A stretch of DNA of 64,000 nucleotides from assembly GCA_964016885.1 (NCBI GenBank), contig OZ024750.1:28706001-28770000 (forward strand). The letters are read 5' to 3'. The DNA comes from Eledone cirrhosa. Its lineage: Eukaryota. This document shows, in pieces, positions 1 through 13,759 of the stretch. The notes under the pieces were generated by a model that saw nothing but the letters and a program-made list of their open reading frames with translations, did no database searches and was not told the origin of the DNA. The translations under genes were made by a program, and so were the position numbers. Positions within the stretch are counted from its first letter, which is position 1. Each line of letters starts with the position of its first letter.

Positions 1-574
1 TGATGAAGTAAATGGTAATATAAAGGGAGTGTGAACCAAAACATGAGACGGGAGAGAAGCTGAAGTTTAGCGAACTTAAGGGAGGGGGGCGTCACTAACA
101 CAAACTTTTTGTTACGAGAAATGTTTGGGCTGGATAAAACAAAAACACTTTTGTTGAGGGTTCGGATAAAATATAAATTGGATTGCATTAAGAGTAGTCA
201 GTTGTTTGAGTGTTAACTGGAAGATTGTATGACATCGTGATGTCGGGAGAGGGGCTGAATTTGGCATCGTTTCTGGACGGTGTGATGTGTGTGGTTTGGT
301 TTGGTTTGGTTGTGTTGGAAGATTAAGTTATAGATAGGTATGTTGAAGCCACGAAAAGAAAATATCTTATGTCTTACACAAGGCTGAAGACTTTGTTTTC
401 ATATAGAGTGTCTAGGCCAAGTCAACTAAATAAACAAAACTACTCCATTTCTAGACTAATGCCAAAAGGTGAAACCCAAAGACAATATGCGAAAGTAATA
501 TGAAATGATTTAACCGGAGATTGTGAAACTTGTCATGGAGATATCAGTCTTCTACGGCCGGGAGTTTCCACTAA

Positions 575-1290
575 TAATGGTTTCTGATTAAGGTACAAGG
601 CCAGCAATTTCAGGGAAGGGGAAAGTCGATTAAATCGACCCCAGAGCGTGACTGGTACTTTATTTTATCGATCCCATAAGGATGAAAGGCAGAGCTAACT
701 TCGGCGGGATTTGAACTCACAACGTAATTATTCATTTATTTGCTATATTGATATTGGTTTCTGATTTAGGCACAAGGCCAGCAATTTCAGGGGACGGAAA
801 AGTCGATTAAATCGACCCAGTGCATTACTGGTTCTTTATTTTGGGGGATATATATATATATATATATATATATGATTTCTGACTTAGGCACAAAGCCAAC
901 AGTTTTTTTTTTTTGGGGGGGGGGGGAGTCGATTAAATCAACTCCAGTGCGTGACTGGTACTTTATTTTATCAACCCCGCAAGAATGAAAGGCAAAATTA
1001 ACCTCGGCGGGATCTAAACTCAGAACGTAAAGGGCCGTAACGCTATATCGCGAAACAGGGTGTCCAACGTTCTACTGATACTGCCAATCCACCACCCCTG
1101 GAGTTCCCACTAATGGGTGTGGTTTACAGTCGATTATATCGACCGCTGTACATGATTGATACAGATTTTATAGACCTCGGGAAAAGGTGAAAGACAAGGT
1201 TGATTTTGGTGGGATTTAATCTCAGAACGTAATGTACCGGAACAATTATTGGCAATCTTTTCATCTGGTGTTCTGACGATGCCACAAATC
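575..1290 (-). mobile_element. Cluster of ~4 tRNA-derived SINE copies (family A)
   Basis: Repeated actggtactttattttatcgaccc...gatgaaaggcaaag...ggcgggatttgaactcag; B-box-like gagttcaaatcc on the minus strand. Confidence 0.85.
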
Positions 1291-2189
1291 CTCCACTCAC
1301 AAGTCCCAAATTCCCATTAATAATGCATACGAAAAAACAAGAATACGGGTAAAAACACATTCAACATTTTATGCACTAAATCCTTGAATACTAAACTTCT
1401 CACGGGGCATTAAACAACAAAAGCCTAGTAAGATTTAGAGATTGAGATAAAGAAATTAACGACAATTTAGTGTGAGTATTAGATAGGAAAATATATTTTG
1501 ATATCAGAGATGAAATCTCTCAACGGTCGCTGAAGAAACTTTAGCTGATATAGAGAAGACGAAAATATTAAATTGATAGCTCGTTACAGGGGCCTCATTT
1601 ACCTTTAACATGTGAAGGGGACAAACCAACATTTGTTGATTCTTAAAGGAGCATAAATTGCTTATGCTGCCTTTACCGGACCCTATCACATAAGTAAAAT
1701 GTTACGCTAATCAAATTTTATATATTCAAATGAAGTTCAGATATAAAAGAATAAGCTTAAAAAGAATTTATTATATCAAATAAACAAAAAATAAAATATT
1801 GCCGTTTGAAAAAGTAGAGGGGGCTTGTCTCCTGGTACCTCTCTGAAACAAAGCCTTTGGCTCATGGTGTAAGCTTGCCAATTATTTATTTATCTATCAA
1901 TCAAGCAACACACACACACACACTTTTCAGCAACATTATAGCCGTAGCGTTATGGATATCCTAATGGGTAAATATTTAAGAATATCAAAGCTCTGTATCC
2001 TTATACAGCCTATTGTTGTTTGGTGGTGTAGGGGAAGAGGCTGAATAATCAACAAGCTGGTATTTGGAACATAACTTAATAAAGTTTCTTATATGAAAGT
2101 ACAATGGAAAGGTTTTTAGGTAAATGTAAGCAGTTTAAAATAAACAACTTGGTATTGAAGAACTTAAGATGGTCTCATGTGATTTTGTA

Positions 2190-2495
2190 TCTTCTCTTCT
2201 TCTTCGTCAACTTATTCCAGAGAGGGTCGTGTGGGCAGAGCTCTCAAGCACGCCTTCCAGCGAGTTCTGTCAGAAGTAACCGTCTTCAACTGATCTGGCT
2301 GGATCCCCAAGCGAGATCAACAAAGCTCGTGGATGTTATCCAACCATCTTGCGCAGGATATACCCCTGGATCTTCTGCTGGTTGGTTCTGCCCGTAAAAT
2401 CTATCCAGCTATGCTTTCCACATGCGCATAGTAGCGGATCTGTGATCTCTCAATTCGGAGAAATAGCGGCTCTATCTGAAGAGACGGACGGGTGA
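2190..2495 (-). mobile_element. RTE-clade LINE 3' fragment
   Basis: Translation LQIEPLFLRIERSQIRYYAHV typical of the RTE ORF C-terminus; (GAA)n-like tail; homologous to 13980-14200. Confidence 0.75.
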
Positions 2496-2569
2496 GCTTG
2501 ATAGGGGGTGATATAGAACTGGCAATTTCAGTAGAGGGGGGGGGGGGCTGTTTTAGTAGCGACAGAATA

Positions 2570-2706
2570 CACAGCTGAGTAAACTGGAGCGATGTGAAAT
2601 AAAGTGTCTTGCTCAAGGGCACAACGCATGACTCAATCCGAGAATCGAACGCGCAACCTTTCAATCACAAGCCCAATGCTCTAAACACTAAGCCATGCGC
2701 CTTCAC
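2570..2706 (-). mobile_element. tRNA-derived SINE family B
   Basis: Reverse complement of ggcgcatggcttagtgtttagagc...gttcgattc...gttgtgcccttgagcaagacactttatttcac. Confidence 0.8.
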
Positions 2707-3251
2707 TAGAGAGTATAGTGTAAAAGAAAGGAATGCGGAATTACTAATTAAATAAGGGGATTTATTTTGGTACCACTTTTAACTATTACGACCTAACTAA
2801 ACAGTACATACAGCCTTACAATATTGGCACACAATCACATATACATACACACAGTGACATACATGCACACACATATACATGAACATGCATACACATGTAC
2901 ATATATGTACACATTAACGCGCATACACATTCACATATACATGCACACATTGACAAACATGCACACACATATACATGTACATGTATGTACACATTCACGC
3001 GCATACACATTCACATATACATGCACACATTGACAAACATGCACACACATATACATGTAGATGTATGTACACATTCACGCGCATACACATTCACGTATAC
3101 ATGCACACATTGACGCGCAAACACGTATATACACACATACATATACACGCATCCCCATTCACATAAATACATTCACAAGTATACACACGCATATATTCAC
3201 ATATACATAGATGTACATACCCATATAAACATATACATACATATATGCACT

Positions 3252-3439
3252 CAGTACTCCTTTGGGAGCCCCTACATGGACACACTAGAAGAGGAAGACC
3301 AGGGTTAACGTATGTTGATGCCCTAAGGACAGACACTGGTCAGTTGTAGACGCAGGACATGGCAGCGATAATGAGGGACAGAGACCGCTGGAGAGAACTC
3401 GTCCATGGATCTCGGGAATTTTACCCGCCTTAGATAGAT
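3252..3439 (+). mobile_element. RTE-like LINE 3' fragment whose (TAGA)n tail was the target of the Tx1 LINE
   Basis: Translates VLLWEPLHGHTRRGRPGLTYVDAL...MRDRDRWRELV. Confidence 0.7.
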
Positions 3440-6400
3440 TTCTTTATTTACCATAAAGGCATAAAAAGAAGGGACAAATACAAAGGGGGAGTTTACATAT
3501 AATCGAGTAAAAAGGGTGTAACATGAAAATAATCGAAAATAACCTCAAAAGGGAGGGGACGTGATGGGGGTTGCACACACCCCCGAAAAAGTGTGCAATC
3601 CTTTGCCCGGGGAGCACATGGAGAAGGTGTTCCCCTCTCCTTTACTTCTTTACCTACAGGATGGTATACAGAGAAGGCCCATTTACACGAGCCATTCTCG
3701 CCACTATCACCCACCTTTCATAAAACTGCCTGTGGCCAAGCACCTCTCTCTCCATTCTTATCCTTCTTCCGAAGTGATATCGGAAGAAGTAGACCAGACT
3801 ATGGCCAGAGAGGAAGTTGCCTGACCTCAGACCTTTCAATCGTGTCCACCAAACAACCTCTTTCAACATGGCTATTACGCACAGAAAAACCGCCTTTGCT
3901 TCCTTTGTGAAGAGGGGAGGCGGTTTGATTGTCATCACGGACTCGGCGGTCAATTTAATCGGCGCCACCCGCGACAGCAGTTGTTCGGCGTAGCCCCACA
4001 GATCAGCCACGCCCGGACATTGCACCAATGCGTGCGCCACGGTTTCTTCGTGACGCACGCATCTAGGGCAAATCTTTTTTGAGGGATCCCTGCCCGGGCG
4101 CCCGTGTCTGTAGAGCCTCTCTCGAACGGGTAGAGCCCCTCGGTAGCACTGCCAGGCCAGTGACTTCTGGAAGTTGTCCATTGGTCCTGGGCCGAAAGTC
4201 CTACCGAACAGGCTGGCCAGTTCGTCTTCTTCCATGTCCAGCGACTCTCCAAGGGTGTCATCGCCCCTGCTAGCCACCAGCCCTCTATAGAATGATGAGG
4301 TGGATTCTCCACCGATGGCCCGGCCCGCTTGCCAGAGAGCCCTGAGCGCCTGAGCACACTCAGTGTGCCAGTCTCCCAGTTTTCCGGATCTTTGCTTGAC
4401 CCAGGACTGTAGCTCGGTGAGTGAGACGAGTCTCGGAAAGGCTCGTTTCACGAACGGAGCCCACACCGGTTGACCAGTGAGGAATACCTGTAGGTGCCGT
4501 AGCCTTAATGCGTGCCTACGCATCATCAACCACGGCATCCCCAGCCCTCCTTTCGAAGGTTGTTGGCAGCAGATGGATCTTCTCACCATAGGAGGACGCT
4601 TCTTCCAAAGAAATTGGAAGAGCATGCGTTCCATGGTGGTGAGTGTTTCCTTAGGGCAAGGCACGACAGTCAGGCGGTAGTAAGTGACGGACGCTATGTA
4701 AATGTTCGCCACCTCCGCCCGGCCTTTTAGGGACAGCTTACACTTGGCCCATTTCTGGGTTAGTGCAAACACCTTGTTCGTAACCTCGTTCCAGTTCTTT
4801 TCCACCTGGAGGTCCGGTCCAAACCAGACCCCAAGCAACTTTACCGGGCCCTCCGTCCAGTGTCCGACGACACCGTCAGGAGGCATCGGTTTGCCTCTCC
4901 ACGTTCCGAGTTGCAGCCCGATGGATTTTTCCCGGTTCAGTTTCGCTCCTGACAACCTTTCGTACTCCTCCAGTAAGGTACCGATCGCCTCGATCTCCGA
5001 GTCGGTTGATACCATTACTGTTACGTCATCGGCGTAGGCCGACACCGCTTTGCTCAATCCTGGTTCCAGGGGGATACCCTGCAACAACTCCAACTTCCTC
5101 AGTAAAGGCTCGAGAGTCAATACGTACAGAAGGGAGGAGAGAGGGCACCCCTGTCGAATGGATCGTGTGATTTCGAACGGCTTCGAAAGGTAGCCGTTCA
5201 CCTTGATCCTAGAACAGATGTGGTTGCTATGTAGGGCAGTGATCCAGCCTCTGAAAACAGGACCGAACCCAGCCGCCGCTAGCACCGCATCCAGGTAACC
5301 ATGGTCGACCCTATCGAAGGCCTTAGACTGATCCAAGTTGATCAGGGCCCCACCGAAGCCGGGTTTGTTGCCAACCCTCTCTATGATGTATCGCATGAGG
5401 TGGAGGTTATCGTGAATGGACCTGGATGGGATAGCACATGTCTGCGCATCTCCCACCAGGCCACCCACGACAAGCGCCAACCTCTTTGCTAACACCTTGG
5501 CCAAAATCTTTAACTCTGTGTTTAGCAGGGTTATGGGCCGAAAATTATTTATACTATCCCCCTTGTTCTCGTCCTTCCTCACCAGCGTGACTACGCCCTT
5601 GGCTACAGAACAAGGAATTCTCCCGTTCTGCTGCCAATTGCAGTAGACCGCTTCGAGGAGTTCGGAGAAGAAGACCGGCATTGCTAAATAAAGTTCGTAA
5701 GGTATACCATCGAGACCTGGAGATTTGCGTCTGCTGCATTGGCTCAGCGCATCTCCGATCTCATCAGCCGAGATTGGTCCCTCGCAGGACTCTGCCTCTT
5801 TGTTCGAGAGACGCGGCAGGCCGTCGAGGTATGGACCGAAATCCACGCCCCGGCCCGGACCCTCGCCTCCCCCGAACAATCGGGCAAAGTGCTTTTGAAA
5901 GGCCTCGCACATCTGCTTAGGCTCCCGGATCACTCGTCCATCTTCGTCTTGCAACGACCGGATGGTGGATCGATTTCCACTTTTAGCTTCTGTCACGCGG
6001 GCCCATCCAACGGCTTTGGCCCCCTCATTACCTAGAGCACGTATTTTACTTCGAATGACGCAGCCTTCATGCTTTGCATCGAAAAACTGGTTCAAGGCCG
6101 TCCTCGATGCCAGCACTCTGGCCACATCTTCGCTCTTGATTGCCTCTTCTAATTTACCTGTTAATTCTTTCTCGTTTCTATTCCTATTGGCAGCTAACAT
6201 CTTGCTATAACTTATTGATTCTGTTCTAATCTCTCTTTTGAGAGATGCCCACCATCGGTTGTTGACGATTGCACCCGTCAACCTCTCCTTAACTAATCTG
6301 CTAATCCGGTTTCTGTAAGTCTCTTTTGCCGGTAAAGACAAATTAAGTTTCCAGTAACCGGGACCCTGTCTATGTGTTTTCTCGAGATTGACCACGCAGG

Positions 6401-6845
6401 TCACTAATTTGTGATCCGTGTAGCCAACCGTGCGCATTTCTGGACAGCTTAATATGTCCCTATCCTTACTTCTAACTAAGAATCTATCTAAGTACGATCT
6501 AGATTGACCACTGTGGTTTCTCCAAGTCCAGGTAGGCACAGTTGGAAAATCTAGTCGATATCTATCGACCAAGTTAAAACGGTCGAGTAACCCCTTGAGG
6601 CTGTTACACCCCCCTCTATTAGGACATGCTCCTGCATAGTCCCAACGTGCATCTAGGATGTCATTCCAATCCCCCGCTAGAAGCAGGGAACGCGACGTTC
6701 CCAGAAAAGTCTCCAAACGCTGGAAGAAGTCGGGCCGTTCAGCTCCGAAAGGGGAGTAGACGGCGACCAGTCTCAAGGCCGCACTTTCACTACTGCCAAC
6801 GTCTAGCACCAACAAACGACCCTCCATTACCCGCCTTAGATAGAT
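3421..6845 (-). mobile_element. L1/Tx1 LINE insertion with 3'UTR, AATAAA and ~19-bp target-site duplication
   Basis: TTACCCGCCTTAGATAGAT at 3421-3439 and 6827-6845; the minus-strand 3' end reads AATAAAGAAATCTATCT. Confidence 0.9.
3654..6826 (-). CDS. L1/Tx1-clade non-LTR retrotransposon ORF2 (APE endonuclease, 5'-truncated; reverse transcriptase; C-terminal zinc knuckle)
   Basis: Open ~1057 codons. APE motifs VYSP, LAGDWN, SYLDRFL, TDHK, GPGYWKLN; RT motifs KSPGLDG, FRPITLLN, DQSKAFDRV, QGCPLS, YADD, LLGV; CPRC-x8-H-x4-C knuckle. The first ~30 aa of the track ORF (6827-6917) are microsatellite/TSD sequence. Confidence 0.95.
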
Positions 6846-7021
6846 AGATAGACATATATACACACGCATGTACACACACGCACACACACACACACACATA
6901 TATATACATATATACATACATATTCATTCACAAGCATACATACACACACGCATGTTAGTCGGAAAGAATACCGCAAAGATAATGGAATGGAAATATAAAA
7001 ATCTGATTATCATTATTATTA

Positions 7022-7400
7022 AGTGGAATTAGCAGTATCGGTAGAGGGTCGGACGCCATGCTTTGACGCATAGAGTTACGGCCCTTGGCATTCTGAGTTC
7101 AAATCCCGCCGAGGTTAACTTTGCCTTTCATCCTTACTGGGTCGATACAATAAAGTACCAGTAATCTACTGAGTAATTGCTGGCCTTGTGCCAAAAGTAG
7201 AAACAATTATTATTAAGTGGGTTGGTAGTATCAGTAGAGGGTCGGACGCCATGCTTTGACGCAAAGAGTTACGTCCCTTTACGATCTGAGTTCAAATCCT
7301 GCCCGGGTTAACTTTGCCTTTCATCCTTACGAGGTCGATAAAATAAAGTACCAGTAATGTACTGGTTAATTGCTGGCCTTGTGCCAAAAGTAGAAACAAT
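7022..7400 (+). mobile_element. Two tandem SINE family A copies
   Basis: gcagtatcggtagag (A box-like)...ctgagttcaaatcc (B box-like)...ctttgcctttcatcc...ggccttgtgccaaaagtagaaac, twice. Confidence 0.9.
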
Positions 7401-7535
7401 TATTATTCAAAAAAAAAAGTAGTAGTGGTGGTGATGGTGGTGATGTTTGTGTTGTTGTTGTTGTTGTCGTTGTAGGTGGTGGTGTTGGTGTTGGGAGGAC
7501 ATAGATGCTGGCCTTTATGTATAGTTGTATGTATG

Positions 7536-7616
<81 letters not shown>

Positions 7617-7697
7617 TAATGTATTTTTATATATATATATGTGTGTGTGTGTTAATGTATTTATATATATATATATGTGTGTGTGTGTTAATGTATT

Positions 7698-7730
<33 letters not shown>

Positions 7731-7843
7731 TAATGTATTTATATATATATATGTGTGTGTGTGTGTTAATGTATTTATATATATATATATGTGTGTGTGT
7801 TAATGTATTTATATATATATATGTGTGTGTGTGTTAATGTATT

Positions 7844-7876
<33 letters not shown>

Positions 7877-7999
7877 TAATGTATTTATATATATATATGT
7901 GTGTGTGTGTTAATGTATTTATATATATATGTGTGTGTGTGTGTTAATGTATTTATATATATATATGTGTGTGTGTTAATGTATTTATATATATGTATA

Positions 8000-8053
<54 letters not shown>

Positions 8054-8237
8054 TGTATGTTCAGCCAACCTCTAATCAACTAATACAAAGGAAATATACA
8101 ATCTGCTCCCGTGATACTGCCACCCACCATATTGTGAGTTTATACCAGTTCCGCTTCGTTAAATCTTATTCAACTGAGGTTGTGATCTTACATCGGCGCC
8201 ACTTTATAGTTTCAACACACACACACACAGAGAGACA

Positions 8238-8736
8238 GATTTCTGTTTATTTGCCACTAGGGCACAAAAGATAGGGTCATGTACATGGGGCGGGGGGGGG
8301 GGTTACATATAAATCGAGTAAGAAAAATGTAATAAATAAAATTGTAACAAGAAGGTCCTCAATAGGGAGGGATCGTTTTGGGGTCACACACACCCCCGAA
8401 AAAAAATGTGCGACCCTTCTCCACGGGAGCACAAAGAGAGGGTGCTCCCTTCTTCCTTTTCCACCTACAGGCTGAGGTAGAGAGAAGGCCCATTCACACG
8501 GGCCAGTTGTTGGCCGGAAAGAAAGGTGTCCGACCTCAGCCCTTTTAGACGCGTCCACCATATAACCTCTTTTACCATGGCTATTACACGGAGGAAGACC
8601 GCCTCTCCTTCATTTATGAAGGGGGAGGCGACTGCATCGTTACAATGGACTCAGTGGTCAACCTAATTGGTCCCACGCGTGACAGCAGTTGTTTGACATA
8701 GCCCCACAGATCGGTAACGCCCGGGCAGTGCACCAA
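8238..8736 (-). mobile_element. Diverged 3' fragment of the same LINE family
   Basis: Aligns by eye to 3440-4030 (acacacccccgaaaaa, gagaaggcccatt, catggctattac, cgtgacagcagttgtt, gccccacagatc) with deletions. Confidence 0.85.
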
Positions 8737-11287
8737 TTTTTTATTTTATTTTATTTTATTTTATTTTATTTTATTTTATTTTATTTTATTTTATTTTATT
8801 TTATTTTATTTTATTTTATTTTATTTTATTTTGTTTTGTTTTGTTTTGTTTTGTTTTGTTTTGTTTTGTTTTATATATTGTTTTTTGTTTTGTTTTGTTT
8901 TGTTTTTTTTATATTATTTTGTTTTGTTTTGTTTTGTTTTGTTTTGTTTTATATTATTTTGTTTTGTTTTGTTTTGTTTTATATTATTTTGTTTTGTTTT
9001 GTTTTGTTGTTTTGTTTTATATTATTTTGTTTTGTTTTGTTTTATATTGTTTTGTTTTGTATTATTTTGTTTTGTTTTGTTTTGTTTTGTTTTATATTAT
9101 TTTGTTTTGTTTTGTTTTATATTGTTTTGTTTTGTTTTGTTTTATATTATTTTGTTTTGTTTTGTTTTGTTTTATATTATTTTGTTTTGTTTTGTTTGGT
9201 TTTATATTATATTGTTTTGTTTTGTTTTATATTATTTTGTTTTGTTTTGTTTTGTTTTATATTATATTGTTTTGTTTTGTTTTGTTTTATATTATATTAT
9301 ATTGTTTTGTTTTGTTTTGTTTTATATTATATTATATTGTTTTGTTTTGTTTTGTTTTATATTATATTATATTGTTTTGTTTTGTTTTGTTTTATATTAT
9401 ATTTTGTTTTGTTTTGTTTTGTATTATATTATATTAAATTGTTTTGTTTTGTTTTGGTTTGTTTTATATTATTTTGTTTTGTTTTATATTATATTATATT
9501 GTTTTGTTTTTGTTTTGTTTTATATTATATTGTTTTGTTTTGTTTTATATTATATTATATTGTTTTGTTTTATATTATATTGTTTTGTTTTGTTTTGTTT
9601 TATATTATATTATATTGTTTTGTTTTTTGTTTTGTTTTGTTTTATATTATATTGTTTTGTTTTGTTTTGTTTTATATTATATTGTTTTGTTTTGTTTTGT
9701 TTTATATTATATTATATTATATTGTTTTGTTTTGTTTTATATTATATTATGTTATATTGTTTTGTTTTGTTTTGTTTTATATTATATTGTTTTGTTTTGT
9801 TTTATATTGTTTTGTTTTGTTTTGTTTTGTTTTATATCGTTTTGTTTTATATTATATTGTTTTGTTTTGTTTTGTTTTGTTTTATATTATATTGTTTTGT
9901 TTTGTTTTATATTATATTGTTTTTTGTTTTGTTTTGTTTTATATTATATTGTTTTGTTTTGTTTTATATTATATTTTGTTTTGTTTTGTTTTATATTATA
10001 TTATATTGTTTTGTTTTGTTTTGTTTTATATTATATTGTTTTGTTTTATATTATATTGTTTTGTTTTGTTTTATATTATATTGTTTTGTTTTGTTTTGTT
10101 TTATATTATATTGTTTTGTTTTGTTTTATATTGTTTTGTTTTGTTTTGTTTTATATTGTTTTGTTTTGTTTTGTTTTATATTGTTTTGTTTTGTTTTGTT
10201 TTATATTGTTTTGTTTTGTTTTGTTTTGTTTTATATTGTTTTGTTTTGTTTTGTTTTGTTTTATATTATATTGTTTTGTTTTGTTTTATATTATATTGTT
10301 TTGTTTTGTTTTATATTATATTATATTGTTTTGTTTTGTTTTATATTATATTGTTTTGTTTTGTTTTATATTATATTGTTTTGTTTTGTTTTATATTATA
10401 TTGTTTTGTTTTGTTTTATATTATATTGTTTTGTTTTGTTTTGTTTTATATTATATTGTTTTGTTTTGTTTTGTTTTATATTATTTTGTTTTGTTTTGTT
10501 TTGTTTTATATTGTTTTGTATTGTATTGTATTGTATTGTATTGTATTATATTGTTTTGTTTTGTTTTGTTTTATATTGTTTTGTATTGTATTGTATTGTA
10601 TTATATTGTTTTGTTTTGTTTTGTTTTGTTTTGTTTTATATTATATTGTTTTGTTTTATATTATATTGTTTTGTTTTGTTTTGTTTTATATTATATTGTT
10701 TTGTTTTGTTTTGTTTTATATTATATTTTGTTTTGTTTTGTATTATATTATATTGTTTTGTATTGTATTGTATTGTATTGTATTATATTTATTTGTTTTA
10801 TATTATATTGTTTTGTTTTGTTTTATATTATATTGTATTTTGTTTTATATTATATTGTATTTTGTTTTATATTGTATTGTTTTGTTTTATATTATATTGT
10901 TTTGTTTTGTTTTGTTTTATATTATATTGTTTTGTTTTGTTTTGTTTTATATTATATTGTATTGTTTTGTTTTGTTTTATATTGTATTGTATTGTTTTGT
11001 TTTGTTTTATATTGTATTGTATTGTTTTGTTTTGTTTTGTTTGATATTGTTTTGTTTTGTTTTATATTATATTGTATTGTTTTGTTTTGTTTTATATTGT
11101 ATTGTTTTGTTTTGTTTTATATTATATTGTTTTGTTTTGTTTTATATTGTTTTGTTTTGTTTTGTTTTGTTTTATATTGTTTTGTTTTGTTTTATATTAT
11201 ATTGTTTTGTTTTGTTTTATATTTTATATTGTTTTGTTTTTTTTTATATTATTTTATTATTTTATTTTATTTTATTTTATTTTATTT
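8737..11287. repeat. 2.5-kb compound pentanucleotide array (TTTTA/TTTTG/TTATA/TTGTA)
   Basis: Directly visible; source of the spurious 600-870 aa ORFs. Confidence 0.98.
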
Positions 11288-11794
11288 AGAGGCAGGCTGT
11301 CTGGTTACTGTAAACAAAGTGTAAGAAGATAATCTGGACGTAAACAAGAGAAGAAAGGTTGCCCTTCACCAGCTGTTTACTACGGATCATAGATGTTTCG
11401 GCGCTAAGGTGATTGTGTGCTTGTCTGAAATTCAAGACAGCCAAAACGGCGCATAATGGGGAAATACTTTGAAAGGATGTTGCCCCTGAAAAGGGAATAC
11501 AAATGGAATAAAAACAAATTTTGCGTAAATCGGAGTACGGGTGCCCGAGATTCGCTGTTTTCCCGGGTACCTTCATAAATAGAGAGAGAGAAACAGATAG
11601 TGGCTGTGAAAGAGTAGATTGAAAGTGAGACATAGTGAGAGAATATGTACACGCACATACATACATACATACATACATACATACATACATACATACATAC
11701 ATACATACAATAAACGGTCGATCGACTTTCGTCAAATCGAACCGAGGAAACAATGTTTTCATTGGTCTTTCTGATTGCTAATACTCTCTATCGG

Positions 11795-11851
<57 letters not shown>

Positions 11852-13048
11852 AAAAGGTAAACAGAAATAACAACACAATCGATGTGTGTGTGAGTATGTA
11901 CATATAGATATATGTATGCGTGTAAATATATATATAGTTTGAGTGTGTTTATATATATAATTTTTACGAAATATAAAGGTCTGAAATCGATGTTACCTAA
12001 ATTCATCTTAAAGGAGATCTGAGTCAATATGGCCGATAACTTATAGGCTCAATTTTCATTCTCTGATTTGAACATTGTAACGTGTTATCGGCCGTATAAA
12101 AATCATTAATTACCCACTTAAATGTCAAATAAGTTGATGGGGGAAGGGGTACCTTTCTTGGAGCAGCAAACAGGCCACGGTGTTTTGCTCATCAATTGCC
12201 CATAAAATTTCCATCCAAAGAAGTAGGCCATCACGTGATCAAATACAACTTTTAACTGGGTATAACAGAAAATTACTACGTCCCCCTAGCCTAAACCTTA
12301 CATTTCTTTATGATTCACATCAGATGGAGTGAGATGGTGCTGTGAAAAATGGTTGAAAAGTCATCCAATATCGGATTTAAAAAAAAAAAAAAAAAGTTAT
12401 CCAGAGATATTTTTCTATAACTGATACGACTGAAAACAAATTGAAATCCTTTTGAAGTTAATGTAGGCAGGATAATTATTCGGAAAAGTGATTGATGAGT
12501 AGATTCCAGAAAAAAAAACAGAACGTGGCAACGTGAAAGGTATCAAATAACCGACTAGAACCAGTTATATTTATGTGGGGAGCTATTTATAAATCCACTC
12601 TTTTCCATGTTTTGAAGAATTTTTTTTTAATGTTGCAAGCGACCGTTACAACCGACACACAACTTAAGAATAATAAAAAATGGAAAGAAAATCTTGGGAG
12701 AAATATTTTTAGGGAATTAAGAAGGTTGGTGAGAATTGATTGTCAAGCATATATTTGACAAGAAAAATAATGAAATTGTAACGGAGAATTGTCAGAAACA
12801 GAATAGAGTTGGATTAAATATATGTATTTCCATTTTGTGGCCTTGTATATGTAAATCATAAAGGCAGCGAATTGGCAGAGTCGTTAAGACGTCAGACGGA
12901 ATGATTTACGGTATACGTCCCACCTCATTGCATGCTGTGAGTTCAAATCCCGCCGTGGTCAACTTTGCCTTTGGATTTTTATATGTATTTATATATATAT
13001 ATAATCCTTATCGAGCCCTCTTCGGATTTTAGTCCTCACATTTATTAT

Positions 13049-13079
<31 letters not shown>

Positions 13080-13759
13080 CGTAAATATATAAATTCGGCT
13101 GTGTTCAGACCTAGAGAGATTTGGGCTCCGCCAGGTTTAAATGTGCCCCAGACACGCCGTATTACGACTCAACAAGGAGTTATGGGATCTTTATCCGTTT
13201 ATATGTAAATCATATAATCAAGTTTATTTATTTTTATACGACGAATAACTAAATCTTTTTACAATTTCTAACGGTATTAGTATCGTAAAACAAGTGAACT
13301 TTCTTCAAGCAGGATTCGAATAGGGTTGCATATGTATATTTGACTTGTCGGGAGCGACCAATTACACAAGACAGCTCGCCAATGTTATTCTTGATAAAAA
13401 GAATAAACAAACCCTGACGTAAATAGAAATAATATAATCAAATGTTGTTCGCCTGCTTTTAGTGTTGACATTAAAAGCTGTAAATACTAGAACACGTAAA
13501 AATAACATTTAAACAGTTAATTAGATTAAAATGTATGTAAAATAAGAGAGAAGACCAGGTAAATATGCTGCAAAACTTAGATCGGTTTCGCGAAATTCTG
13601 ACTTCAAATCTTAGCCGAAGTCATATTTGCTATTCATCTCTCAAGGACAAATAAAATAAACTACACCGCTTTCTAAATGTAACCTGTGACAATGTTTAAA
13701 ATAAAGATTGAAATAAGGCGGCTCAGTGACATTTGATACTCTAATTACAATATGATTTG

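Noticed and set aside
330-560. Possible PLE endonuclease C-terminus on the minus strand (..PCVRHKIFSF..)
   Set aside because: Multiple stops and frameshifts; similarity too weak by eye.
6827-6917. Annotated N-terminus of the 1087-aa ORF
   Set aside because: Lies in the TSD and flanking microsatellite; the element is 5'-truncated within the endonuclease domain and has no ORF1.
8689-11332. 600-870 aa F/C/V/L/Y/I-rich ORFs
   Set aside because: Translations of a pentanucleotide microsatellite, open in several frames.
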